NCBI GenBank assembly: GCA_951406725.2
Contig: OX597818.1
Span: 127,286,001 to 127,350,000, forward strand
Direction of reading: 5' to 3'
DNA from: Octopus vulgaris
Taxonomy: Eukaryota
Length of the DNA stretch: 64,000 nucleotides
Part shown: positions 27,117-40,339 of the stretch, one piece after another
Layout of the letters: each line of letters starts with the position of its first letter
How positions within the stretch are numbered: position 1 is the stretch's first letter
Notes under the pieces: model-generated
The model's input: the letters and a program-made list of their open reading frames with translations, nothing else
Told to the model about the DNA's origin: nothing
The model's database searches: none
Position numbers and translations under genes: made by a program

Positions 27117-28356
27117 ATTTGAGGACAGTTTTGGTATACAATAAAACAGCTATATTTCAGCATAACTAAATATGTATTTGAATAAACATTTGCGCAATTA
27201 GCCGTAATAATGATTTTTAAGCAAATTAGTCTATGAAACCGCCTTCGACTTCGATGACTGATTCAATGCAGGACCGAAACCGCTGGAATGCTGACATGAT
27301 ATGGTCCTTTTTAATTTCGGACATCACCTGCACAATGGCGGCCTTCAGTAAAGTTATGGTATTATGAGGATGATGATTAGTCTTCCTTTCAACAGTGATT
27401 CATACGTAATAGTCCATGGGGTTCAAATCTGGCGAGTTTGGAGGCCGCATATAAGGTGTCACATAATTGTAAAGATTGTATGAGAACCATTCGTGGGTGA
27501 CTAGGGCTTTGTGAGAAGGTACTAAGTTTTGTTGAAACACGTATGACTTTCCATTGCATACGTCATCAATCCAAAACTTCATAACAGTTTCCAGTACCTC
27601 AATATATCCAGCAACATTAATTCTAAGACTCTGTGGTAAAAAGTGAGGAGGTATCACATGACCTTCGCTACTCACCACTCCTAAAACCCTTGCAGTTACT
27701 GGAAATTTCGTGGGCATCACTCTGGATACTTCAGAAGGATCTGCACAGGACCACCTGTCATTTCTTCTTTTACACTTTTGATCCTGGTCAAAGATTTTTT
27801 CATCAGGGAAGAGCCAAAGCATGCCTTGTTTATGAGAGTTTTTCACTTTGTTAAGTAACCGTTTTGAACGAATGAGACAGTTTGCCTGTGTCTTTGCAGA
27901 CACGAATTGGCCTTTCCTCATTACATAGGACTTTTATCGAATGTCACGATGTGCCACAGTTCTGATAGTCCACCCTGACACCCGAAGTTCTTTAGCAACG
28001 GACCTCATTGGGGTTTTCATTGATAATGTTTTGAACATGTGGTATAAATTCCGGTGTCCTTTTAGTGACTGAAAGTTGTGAATGTTTTTTTTCTCTTTGA
28101 TACAGGTGAACCATTACCATCACATGCCTCCAATTCCAACCGAACTTTGTGTACAAATGATCTTGCAACATTTAGAAAGTTGCTAATTTCTAAATCGCTG
28201 TGGTTTGCATGTATAGCAACTATGACTGTATGTCTTTTAATTTCTTGAGTTAGCATGATATCTTGAAAGGATTATCTGGAAAAAGAAAATGAAGCATTAA
28301 ATAGTTTGGTGTAATGAACTAAAAACGAAATGTCCTCAAATAATTCTCGAACCCTG
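27117..28356 (-). mobile_element. Decayed Tc1/mariner-superfamily transposon, maT (DD37D) type
   Basis: FPDEKIF, VFQQN (D>N), 37 residues, NSPDLNPMDYYV; HTH N-terminus at 28062-28256; TIR cagggttcgagaattatttgaggaca at right end, only atttgaggaca at left. Confidence 0.9.
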
Positions 28357-28363
28357 TATATAT

Positions 28364-28783
28364 TCTTTCTTTCTTTTCTTTTACTTGTTTCAGTCATTTG
28401 ACTGCGGCCATGCTGGAGCACCGCCTCTAGTCGAGCAAATCGACTCCAGGACTTATTCTTAGTAAGCCTAGTACTTAATCTATCGGCCTCTTTTGCTGAA
28501 CCGCTAAGTTACGGGGACGTAGACACACCAGCATCGGTTGTCAAACGATGTTGGGGGACAAACACAGACACACAAACATATACACACACACATACAAACA
28601 TATATATATATATATATATATACGACGGGATTCTTTCAGTTTCCGTCTACCAAATCCACTCACAAGGCATTGGTCGGCCCGAGGCTATAGTAAAAGACAC
28701 TTGCCCAAGGTGCCACGCAGTGGGACTGAACCCGGAACCATGTGGCTGGTAAACAAGCTACCTACCACACAGCCACTCCTGCG

Positions 28784-28785
<2 letters not shown>
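28364..28785 (-). mobile_element. SINE A, full length
   Basis: Family match. Confidence 0.9.
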
Positions 28786-28819
<34 letters not shown>

Positions 28820-28820
<1 letters not shown>

Positions 28821-29202
28821 TAGCAGTATCGCCCGGCGTTGCTCAGGTTTGTAAGGGAAATAACTATAAAGCATTTTTAGAGAGTTATAGCCAAAAAATA
28901 GCAAAAAAATGGAAAAAAATGATATTAAATTTTTTTTTGAGATTTAAATAAGGTAGAGTTGCGTCCCCTACACAGTTTGTGGTTCGTATTCCTGATTCTC
29001 GACCCCATGTCGAATTTATCGATTTTTTTCAGAACTGGGGGAACTTTTCAAAATTTTCGCTGCGTTAGTTTTGAATTATGACATTGGGCTATGTGTGTGT
29101 CAAGTTTCATCAGAATCGGTTGAAAGCCGTGGTCAGGGTGAGGGTACAAGCAAACAGACACACAGAAACACGCACAGACAAACTGCCGTTTATATAGAGA
29201 GA
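28820..29202 (-). mobile_element. Non-autonomous Helitron
   Basis: Same hairpin-CTAG 3' end as 17143 copy, 5' TCTCTCTATATA. Confidence 0.8.
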
Positions 29203-29947
29203 TATATATATATATATACACACACATCTATGTGAGTCTTTGTGTTGGTATTTGTCCTCTACCACCGTTTAACAACCGGTGTTAATTTGTTGTCGTTCCT
29301 GCAAAGTAGTGGTTCAGCAAAAAGTAACTGATAAAGTACCAGGCTTTAAAAAATAAATACTGGAGTCTATTTGTTTGACTAAGAACTTCAAGGCAGTGCC
29401 CCAGTATGGCCGCAGTCCAATGACTGAAACAATTAGAAGGTGACAGAAGGCAGATGATGGTATTACGCAACTGTAAGGCTTTCGGTTGGTAATTCAAAAT
29501 ATTTGACCAAATATTTTCATTTGTGGCTAGAAAAATATATCACTAACCGTTCGTTCGGAACTTTCATATAACGGTAACTTTGAATTGAATTCTTTACACA
29601 TCTTAGGTTTGTTTAGTCAGTTATGCAACTCCTTCCTGTCTACATGCACTCATATATACACACATATATACACGTATCGAGAGAGATGCAAAATAGACTC
29701 GCTTACATATATCGCACACAAACAGACAAAGACACTATTGAAATATAAACACACACACACACACACACATACACACACACACACACACATACACACACAC
29801 ACACACACACACATGTATGTATGTATTCATATATCACAGATCTTATTCTCAATCGTTCCTTATCTACCGACCTATCTATCTCTTCTCTACCACCTCTCTC
29901 TCTTTCATTCTTTCTCACTTATATATACATTCTATATCCAATCCTCA

Positions 29948-29984
<37 letters not shown>

Positions 29985-30315
29985 TTATACTTTAAATAAA
30001 AGCACACACATATAAATATTCGCATGTTTGTGTATGTGTGGTCGTGTTGTATATACCACTTATGTTTATTTCTTGAGAATGTTTCGCATATCTGTTGATT
30101 TTTGTCAGGAGTAAGTCTCGTAAAAATACATACAAGTTATATAGGGTTTCATGAACGAGAAATACTAGACAGTGGTGAGGTAGAGGAAGGAGGGCGAGTT
30201 GAATAAAGATAAGATAAAGAAGAGCAGGTAAAATGCTATCAAGAGAATGAAACTAGAAAGGAAATTCCGAAAGACGCCCTCTGTATAGATAAATGTAAAT
30301 TTATATATATATATA

Positions 30316-30669
30316 GGCGCAGGAGTGGCTGTGTGGTAAGTAGCTTGCTAACCAACCACATGGTTCCGGGTTCAGTCCCACTATAGCCCCGGGCCGACCA
30401 ATGCCTTGTGAGTGGATTTGGTAGACGGAAACTGAAAGAAGCCTGTCGTATATATATATATGTATGTGTGTGTGTTTGTCCCCCTAACATTGCTTGACAA
30501 CCGATGCTGGTGTGTTTACGTCCCCGTCACTTAGCGGTTCGGCAAAAAGAGACCGATAGAATAAGTACTGGGCTTACAAAGAATAAGTCCCGGGGTCGAT
30601 TTGCTCGACTAAAGGCGGTGCTCCAGCATGGCCGCAGTCAAATGACTGAAACAAAAGAGTAAAAGAGTA
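30316..30669 (+). mobile_element. SINE A with short internal deletion
   Basis: cccact joined directly to atagcc (act microhomology). Confidence 0.9.
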
Positions 30670-30673
30670 TACA

Positions 30674-30763
<90 letters not shown>

Positions 30764-31072
30764 ACAAGGACACGCTTGTACAAAAACATTTCCCTATTCA
30801 TGAGGGAATATTTCTGTGAGAGCGTATGTATATGATCTCCCTCCCCACCACCACCACCACCAACACCGTTTGACAGCCAGTGTTGGTGTAGTTACATCCC
30901 CGCAAATTAGCGGCTCGGCAAAAAAGACCGATACAATAATTGCCATGCTTTAAAAATAAGCCCTGATGTAGATTTGTTCGACTAAAACCTTTCAAAGCGG
31001 TGCCCCAGCATAGCCGAACAATTATTCCCCACCCACCCACCCCCCACACACATAAATAAGTGGTGTGTGTGT

Positions 31073-31138
<66 letters not shown>

Positions 31139-31506
31139 TAATTGTTTTTGAGAAAATATCGAAGCATCCGCATAAACCTATAAATAAGGATTTCAACCTT
31201 TGGCACAAGGATAGCAATATTAAGAGATTAGATAAATCTATTTCTTCGACTCCAGTGTTTAACTAGTACTTAGTTTATCGATCACCGAAAGGATGAAAGG
31301 CAAAGTCGACCTCAGCCGAATTTGAACAACTCACAACGTAAAAGACGGGCGAAATGCCGCTAAGCATTCTATAAGCTAACTGCCTTGCATATGTCTATAA
31401 ATGATAGCATGCAAATGTAAATATTGGGTAGAAAATCTCTTTTAATAGAAAAAGCCGAAGGCTGCTCGTATATATATATATACAAAGAGAGAGAGAGAGA
31501 GAACTA

Positions 31507-31610
<104 letters not shown>

Positions 31611-31932
31611 TGTTTCCAGGGCTGCACACAGACAGGACAAATTACAAGGTAGAGCTTTTCTTTTTGGGGTAAAAAAAAGGGGGTTTGTTTTTTCGATCAA
31701 AAGGGATCGTAAAGGGAAAGAAAGAGGACAAAAAAAGGGGGGAATAAAATTAAAAAATTTAAAAAAGGTGGGGGAAAGGGAAAGGAAAAAAATTGATCAA
31801 TAGGGATCGTTATCACAGAAATGTCAATATGAAGTGTAAAGGGGAGGACATGTAAGGTTTACCCGTGGAAAGAAAAGCCTACGGAAAAGACCACGGTAAC
31901 CTCGGTCAATGAAGTCACATAGATATATATAT

Positions 31933-31974
<42 letters not shown>

Positions 31975-32194
31975 ATAAGTGAGAGGAATTCTAAGGGATA
32001 CAATGTTTATTTCTATCCAACGTCTCAACTTCGTCTTCTGTAAATATTATAGTCCCTACATATATATAAATACTTTCTCTGAACCTAGAGTGTAACATCT
32101 ATATCATCTACAAATAAGTTTTTAGAGAGATTTCGAGTTAGGCTATTGGTTTTACTGATATTGTAATTAGGGTTCTATCAAAGTAAATAGGGTT

Positions 32195-33230
32195 CTATCA
32201 TTCACTTGGACTCCTTTCTTGACTGTACCACCACTTCCCTTTTCGCACGACTGGGAATTCTCCCGTTGCGGTATCACCTGTAATTAGCTTCTACCAAAAG
32301 GCCCCCGAACAAGTCGGGCATGTGAAGATAAAGCTTGTAGTGCAGACTGTCCAGCCCTGGCCACTTCTTGCACGCGCAGCCATCCAACACTTTTCATATT
32401 TTGTCAACCGTTATCGGCGTTTCGCAAAACTTTGTATCCTAAAACCGAGAGCAATGGCAGGCCGTCGAGGCATGTGATAAAGTCTACCTCATTTTCGGTC
32501 GCAGTCCACTCGCAAATTATTAATCTAAATTCCACTGAGAAGCTGCACACATCTTGGAATCGAGGAGTAGGCACTGCCCTGATCCATCAAAGACTGAATT
32601 GTGGCTTTATCTCCACGTTGCGCCTCGGCCACCGGGACCATCAAACGGCTTTCGTTCCCTCATGCCTTCGAGCACACGTCCTAGCTGACAACGCTACCTC
32701 ATGCTGGGTTTTAAAGAATCTATCAAGAGCCAATATCACAGCCAGTTCGTTAGACGCAATAACTTTCTTAAGCGCTCTTCCAGATCACTAACTAGCTCCT
32801 CCTCTACTGTAGGATTCTCTATTTTCTTACTAAACCCAATCAATCAATTCTAATCTAATAGTCCTTTCAAGGACAACCACCATCGGTTGTTGACAGTTGG
32901 CTCTATCAGTTTCCCCTTAACTCCCCCTAATCAGTAAGCTTGGTGCGCCGAGAGCGATGCATTCATCTTCCAATATCCGGGACATTGCCTATGAAACCCA
33001 TCCATGTCGACCGCACAGATCACAAATTTATTGACAGTGTAGCCGATGATTTTAAATTGTTGACAATTAATGATATCCCTATCTGCTTGCTGACCGACAG
33101 AATACTCTATCTAGATACGATCTGGATGACCATATGCTGTTTGCCCATGTCCACATTGGTACATTCAGGAAATCGATTCGGTTCCTGTCAGGCAGTTGGA
33201 AACGACCTTGTATCGATGGAAGAAGTTGAT
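32195..33230 (-). mobile_element. Decayed Tx1/L1-clade ORF2 fragment (endonuclease C-terminus to RT N-terminus)
   Basis: WTWANS..RSYLDRVF, PGYWKMNASL, KWPGLDSLHYKLYLHMPDLFGGLL, NGRIPS. Confidence 0.85.
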
Positions 33231-34129
33231 CTCGTCGGGATTTGAACTCAGAACGTAAAGAGCCAGAACATACACCACAAAGCATTTGTCCAACACTCAA
33301 ACAACTCCGCCAATTCAACGCAATAAAGAATCAAAAATATATCAATGTATATGAGATACTTCATGTCATCGACCCCGGAAGGATGAAAGGAAAAGTTGAT
33401 TTTGGCGGGATTTGAACACAGAACGAAAAAAGCTAGAGTAAATACTGCAAGACCTTTTTTTTCCGACACTAACGATTCTGCCCATCGACGGCAATAAAAA
33501 TAACAAAACAACTAACTGGCACTAGCAAAATATCTAATAATAACATCCGAAGCACTCATCCGATGATAAGCAAAATGATCTGATGTTTCATGCTCACATG
33601 ACAGTTGCCAACGACTCAATGTTGATTACAATAGATGAATAATACGAGTTGCTGGAGATGCGCTTCTAGGCATTTACAAAGAAGCAGGGTTTGTTCTGAC
33701 ACATACTTTGTCATCAAATTTAACACCCAATTAGAGACGAAAATTATCCCTTTGAAACCGTGTTAATATTACACAAACTATACAACATAAATACAGATTG
33801 CGGTGCTTCTGGGTTACTTTGCTTTCATTTTGTGTTTGTTTGTTTGGTTTTTCTTTCAAACGACAAAACTAATCTTTTGTAAAAGTCTTTAAGGTTACTT
33901 AAATCCTTGTCAGGTTAAATAAAGAGCTTTGAAAGCCTCAATAGTGTCAAGGAAAAACAAAAGTAGATTTATTCGCAATATTCCTATTTAAATATGCCCA
34001 CATGAAGCAGACACGTTAATTTCAGGTAATTTTTTCTTTTCTTTTTCATGGCTCCAGCGCGTTTAGATGTTAACTGAAAGGTCGGTAGTTCGAACTTAGT
34101 AATAGTTGCTAATGTAATAAATTTTAAGC

Positions 34130-34572
34130 GCGAACTAGCAGAGTCATTGAAGTGTCGGAAAAATGCCTTGCAGTATTTGCTCCGATTCTTGACATTCTGA
34201 GTTCAAATCTCACCGAGGTCAACTGTACCTTTCGTGGTCGATGCAATACAGTACCATTCAAAGCACTGGGGTCGGCGATATCGGCAAACCACCTCCTCTC
34301 AAAATTGCTGGCTTTGTGCCAAAACTGTAAACCATTATTACTTAAATTAAAAAATTTTTCCTGGATATTGATATTAGGCTGTTTTGATATTGGCTTCAAA
34401 TTTAGGCACATGGCCAGTAATTTCGAGTGCGTGGGTAAATCGATTGCATCGACCTTAGTGTTCAATTGGGACTTATTTTATGGACTCTGAAAGGATGAAA
34501 GGCAAAGTCGACCTCTGAGGAATTTGATCTTAGAACGTAAAGACAAACGAAATGTCCTTAAGCATTTTTACC
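34130..34572. mobile_element. Tail-to-tail pair of diverged SINE C-related copies
   Basis: + copy about 34130-34335, - copy about 34390-34572. Confidence 0.7.
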
Positions 34573-34840
34573 AGCATGAAGCCGAAATACTAAAGATAAA
34601 ATTATATTTATTCTTTTATTTTGCTTAATGAGGTTTCAATTAGGGAAGAGAGAAAATAAGATAGAGAAAGGGAGAAGGAATTAACAGGAAAGGTGCAAGA
34701 TGAGTACACAGACCAGCCTTGGTGGAAATGAGTAAAAGAGCGCTATATACACGCACTGTGGAGAGAAAAAGAAGTCGTAGAAATTGAAGAGATATGAATA
34801 GAGTAGATATGAAAGGTGTTATACAACTGAGAACTATTTT

Positions 34841-36116
34841 ATTACCTCCACCGTAACGCTTTTGTTTTTTTTTATCTGTGGACAAGATAACTCAAGAAAC
34901 GCTGGATGGATTCGGATGAAACTTTCAGGGATGTTTGGCCTCGGAACTAGCACGAACTGATCAGATTTTGGAATCAATCCGGTAGTCGAAGAATACTTGA
35001 AAGAGATCAAAAGTCTAACGACGTACTACACCGGAAGAAACAAAAATATGGCACAGTGGAAGTACGCTTTGCGAGTGAACAAGAGGCGATAAAACACACC
35101 ACTGTGCTTTGAGATCAACTGAGTGGGTACTACTTCCAACCTATTGTGGCAGACGTGTGGCCAGAGGTAGGATTGGCAGAGTGTCCCCAGAAATTGACGA
35201 GGCGTGGCTGGTGGCACGTGTCACTGGAAAATGTGGAAGAAAGATACACAGTGGTGAAGAGGAAGAGAAGACAAGAAAACGTGGACTCACCACCAAGAGT
35301 TCCATGAAGAAAAGAAAAGGAAGTGTAGAGGAGAGACAAGGGTTACCAAAAGGAGGAAAAGCGAACGAGCAGAAAAGAAACTAGATGGCAAAATTAAGCG
35401 AGAAAGACAAAGACAGAAAACAGAGAGCAATACCAGCAATTAGCATGGAGGAGAAAGTAAAAGGACAGGAAAAAAGGAACATAGAAGAGAAATGACAACA
35501 ATATTGAGCGAGAGACAAGCAGGGAAGGAAGAGATGGAAATGCCAACAACAGCAGAAGAGATTAGTGATGGAAACCAGAAAGTATCACTGAAGGAAAAAC
35601 AAGTAAGAACTATGATACAGTACAGAAGAAAATGTAGAAACTGAAAAAACAAAGTCATGAAAGTGAAAAATGTAATTAGGGTGAAGTTAGTGCCTAAACC
35701 GTGCAATGAAGGTTTTAAAGTGGTCTCGCTTGTAAGAGAGAGAGAGATGAAAGGTTGAAGGAACTGCTCGGGGAAATGGTAGAGATATGACCATTACAAT
35801 TTTGATTCAATGAGTTGCCACCGGTGGTGACTTTTGAGGACATAGTGGAATATCTAATATAAAGGAGAGGGAGATATTTAAAATTATAAAATAAGGATTT
35901 CTTTTTTAAAAATGATGGAAGAAAAGAATAATGAACTGTGTGAGACATAAACAGTAAAATGGAACTGCCTGCTTCGGGTGGAGAGGTAAGCCATTGCATT
36001 GTATTGTTTCGTCTGTCTTTGCATTGTCCCATCTTTATAAGAGGCCGTGTGCCTAATAAAAGAAATTAGGACGTTGGTATTGCTTTGGCGGAGGTTTGCG
36101 CTCTCTGAGTGTTTTT
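34841..36116 (+). mobile_element. Helentron/HINE-like element interrupted by a ~1 kb insert
   Basis: attacctccacc sub-terminal repeat; ttggcggaggt plus hairpin gcgctctctgagtgt then T-run at the far end. Confidence 0.6.
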
Positions 36117-36197
36117 GTCTTATTTTATCATAACGCAATAAATAGTTTTCATTTGAAAATTATTATTCCTTTCATCATTTTACATAGGCACCCCTCC

Positions 36198-36228
<31 letters not shown>

Positions 36229-36462
36229 CACACACATATATATACATACATACATGTATACATGCATATATATATATATATATATACATATATACATACA
36301 CACATGTATATATATACATATATATACATATATTTCTAAATTGAATTTTTCCCTGTAAGTTTGGAATAATATTCCCTCATATTATATATTTTTTTTAAAG
36401 CTGAATAGCAAAATTGCTTGAATATCGCGCGTTGACAGTTTCATCCCAGATGATTGTAACAA

Positions 36463-37959
36463 CGATTTCTTTATTGCCCACAAGAGGCTAAACACAGACA
36501 AGCGTATAAGTGGGGGGAAAAAAGACAAACGAATGGGAAAATCTTTTTAAATAAATAATGAAATGGAACGAAGCCACTCGACCTCACTTCATTTACACTT
36601 TTTTTAAACAAAGTTACAATTAAAATACAGCTTAACTCAGGTGACAACTTGATTGTGTCTGCTGTCACGCCTATGTCCAATATTTCTGTCCCAAACTTTT
36701 CCATTAGCTTCACCTTCTCTTCTTCATACGCCAGGACGTATCCTCTCCGTCCACGTCCACCGACACAGGTAGGATATTTGTGTTCTTTAAACTGTTCTTC
36801 AGTTTTTTGTGTAACTTATTATAAATTAAACCAAAACACTTTTTTGGTGGGGGTTAGTTTTGGGCGCCTGTATGCTTGTGTCGGGGGAGCGTTGGTGACT
36901 TCAAGAGGAGGGTGTGACAGCATGGGATCGTGTGAGAGTAGGGTGGGGATTCACATTTTTCCTCAGACTTTTACTAAGATTTTCTCCTTTTTTAGCTTGT
37001 GTTGTTCATTCTTGTTCTTCCTTCTGAGGTTCCTCCTTGCTTGTAGACAACTTCGCCGGAGGTGTGATTTTTCTTTTTGGTGCTTTGGTGCCTTTGCACT
37101 GGGTGGCGGGCATAGTCTTAATGTGGCCTTTTCTCCTACATTAAATCCACCTGGGCATCCTTCCCTCCACCATGACTCTTAAAGGACTCCCCCATCCTTT
37201 CTAGATCTTCCGGGGCGGCCTGGACCACCATTTCCAGGCTCTACCCGTACCAATTTTTTTTGTCGTCACTCTTTTTGCCTAGAGGACCACAATCTGATCC
37301 TCCATGCCAAGCAGGATGGCTCTCATCTACCCTTACCCGAGAAGCACGTCTTTCCAGGTAAATAGGTCGTAGGACCACTTCCATCTTGAGGGGAGTAACA
37401 GCATGCTGCCTAGCCACAGCCTCGGACACAAACCGCACCTCCAACGTTGAGAACTTTCTCCCTCTACTTAGGTATTCCACCTCTTTCCAAATGGGCTGCA
37501 GAGCCCTTTCCACTTCACCTCTTGTACCTACTTCTATCCGATTTTGTCTTACGTTATGTGTTCTGTACAACACGGTTCTTTCGGCCTCCTTTTCAGTAGT
37601 TTCCCTGGGAAGGGATGCCTTAACATGGTTCCCCTCTCTTTTCATCATTTCTTGCAATTTTTCAATTCCTTCCAAACATACGGCTCACCGCCTCTGCGAA
37701 ATTCTTCTTTTCCGTCTTTTTATCTATTTTATCTAGCCATCTTATTAGCTTCTCCTCAGACGACGGCAAGTCTGAGTAGCTAATTCTCTCCATTTTAGTA
37801 CGCTTCACTCTTCAAACAAGGGGAACAGCGTTAACAAAGCTGCCGTAAGGCAGCAAAAACAGGCGTCTTAAAACACAACAATCAACAGCAAATAGAACTC
37901 AATACACTTTGATTAACCTTTCGAACAACGTAGAAAATTCACGATCAAGTTGGTCACAA
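36463..37959 (-). mobile_element. Non-autonomous Tx1-like retroelement (ORF1 remnant only) with TSD
   Basis: TSD atgattgtaacaa at 36450-36462 and 37960-37972; ERTVLYRT...RGRKFSTLEVRF...PIYLERRASRVRV; tail tgtgtttagcctcttgtgggcaataaagaaa. Confidence 0.78.
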
Positions 37960-38303
37960 ATGATTGTAACAAAGGTGAAAAAATATCAAAGTTAATTTAT
38001 TCATGCATTTGGGCAAGTCTATGTCTGTATTATCAGATAATTGCATAAAATGTTTTAAAAAGTTCAGAAATCTGCATAAATCCGGTACAAATTCTTCATG
38101 ATTCAAAACATATATATATATATATATACATCTAATATAGGATAAAATTTTTCGAAAACAATTCTATTAATGGCCAGCATATTAAAAAATACCTCTAAAG
38201 GTTAAATTTATAAACAACTTAATGAAATGTGGAAATTGACGATTTAAATTCTGTTCTCAGCATATTGGCATAGAAATAATTTTTCTTTTGCCTTGTTTAT
38301 AAG

Positions 38304-38355
<52 letters not shown>

Positions 38356-38382
38356 TTTATTTTAAGCAGCAGAAAATTCAAC

Positions 38383-38429
38383 AAAATCTGTTACCCTGAG
38401 TTTCTCGTTGCCGTTCATCAGACAGTTTT
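38383..38429 (-). ncRNA. Second copy of minimal type I hammerhead motif
   Basis: Identical to 12015-12061 except one stem III A>G that keeps a U-G pair. Confidence 0.7.
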
Positions 38430-38945
38430 TGCTAGAATGGAACTTATATATTAATTCAATCTATACTCTTACAAACGCTACACCTTTAAAAAGAAATGGA
38501 CTTGTTTGATTGGCCCTTTAGAAAAAACGGTCAATCTTCGAGCGATAAACAAAAAGGTCAAAAATATATGTATATATATATAAAAAAACTTATAAAAATT
38601 ATAAAATCCGAGGAAAAAACCGAGGAAAAAACCTATTGCCGTTAATGAAGACAGTACAAATTAATGCATAGAAATTAAACCTGTTATAAATACTGCAATA
38701 CATATTTATATTAAAATCTACATATATATATCAACATACACAAAAGGATGCGCGTAAACGCCATACATACATATACAGACGTATGAATATGAATCTAAAT
38801 ATACACATAAAAGCATGTGTACATATATTCACGCAAACCGTCTCGCACGCAAGCTAAAATTCATCTATGTAGCAATTCTCATATACTGAGCAAGGAGGGG
38901 GAACGAAAGAAAGGGAAAGAGAGAAAAAGGAACGAAGGAGGGGTG

Positions 38946-39069
38946 GAGAAAAAACTTGTAACGATGTTATTGGCATCTATAGAGGCCAGTATACATACAC
39001 AAGTATACATACACAAGTATACATACTGGCCTCTATAGATGCCAATAACATCGTTACAAGTTTTTTCTC
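38946..39069. repeat. Perfect 47-bp inverted repeat with 30-nt spacer
   Basis: gagaaaaaacttgtaacgatgttattggcatctatagaggccagtat and its exact reverse complement. Confidence 0.95.
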
Positions 39070-39599
39070 GTAAATTAGGCATTGCAAATAACAAACGTGG
39101 TTTTACGAAATTTCTAAAATAACTGCAATTTCGATCGAAAAATCTAACTTTGAATTGTCTTGAGTGAAATACAATACATTGAAAGAAACACCAATTGAAA
39201 TATATTGAAAAAAAAGAAAAAAAACCCTTTACAAATACACGAAATGTAGACATTGTATCATAAATTAAGCAGCACGTTGTATTATGAAAATTTGAAAAAC
39301 AAATTCCAAGTCTCCAACTGCCTTGGAAATATCTGTCTCTTAGGAAAAACTGGATAAATATCTTTGTGTGTTTTCTGTCATTTATTGAAAGCTATCATAA
39401 GACAAAAGTAGAAAGTTATAATTTACATAAGGTCTCTTCTCAATGTTTTGCTTTTGACTTACGAGATTATTGTAGATGTGTTTATATTTCATTATTCCTT
39501 ATTTGGCAGCCTTTCCATAGTCACAGATAGGTACATAATTATTTATTTATATTCCTTATCCAAGTCGATTCTTTTCAGGAGTTTGCAAACCAGACGGCC

Positions 39600-39721
39600 T
39601 TCTCTTCTTTTCTTTGTTTCTCTCTTTCTCTCTCTGTTTTCTCACTTCCCTCCATCACACTGTCTTTTTCGTTTCTCTCTGTCTCTCTCGATTTCTTCTC
39701 TTTAAATATATAGACACAGAC

Positions 39722-39781
<60 letters not shown>

Positions 39782-40338
39782 CCTCTATTTCTTTACTTCT
39801 CTCTATCACACCGTTTTTCTTTTCTCAGCCCTGAATCTCCCAAAATAATAGACACGCTCTTTCTCTCTTCCTCTCCCTATTTGTTCACTTCTCTCCATCA
39901 CACCGTCTTGTTTCACTCAGCCCCTCAATCTCGCAAAATATATAGACTCTCTTTCTCCCTTTCCCTCTCTCTCTCTCTTTCTCTCTACCTATTTCTTCGC
40001 TTCTCTCCATTACATCGTCTTTCGTCTATCAGCACCTCAATCTCTCTAAATATATAGACACTCTCTCTTTCTCTCCACTTCTCTCCATCACACCATCTTT
40101 CAGCCTTTCAATCTTTCTAAATATGTAGGCACACATACTACCTCTCTCTTTCTTTCTCTGTCTCTTCTTTCTCTCAGCCTCTTAATCTTTCTAAATATAT
40201 AGACACACACGCTCTCCCTCTCTTTCTCTCTCAATCTGTTCTTCTCTTCTCTCAACCTCACAAGCTCTCTAAATATAGAGGCTCTCTCTCTCCCTCTGTC
40301 ACTTTCTCTAGTTCTCCACGACTCTCCATCACACCGTT
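39600..40338. repeat. CT-rich degenerate minisatellite
   Basis: Recurrent cttctctccatcacaccg and ctcaatctctctaaatatatagacac units. Confidence 0.75.
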
Positions 40339-40339
40339 A

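Noticed and set aside
36649-37182. 177-aa plus-strand ORF
   Set aside because: Antisense to the Tx1-derived element, no recognisable domain
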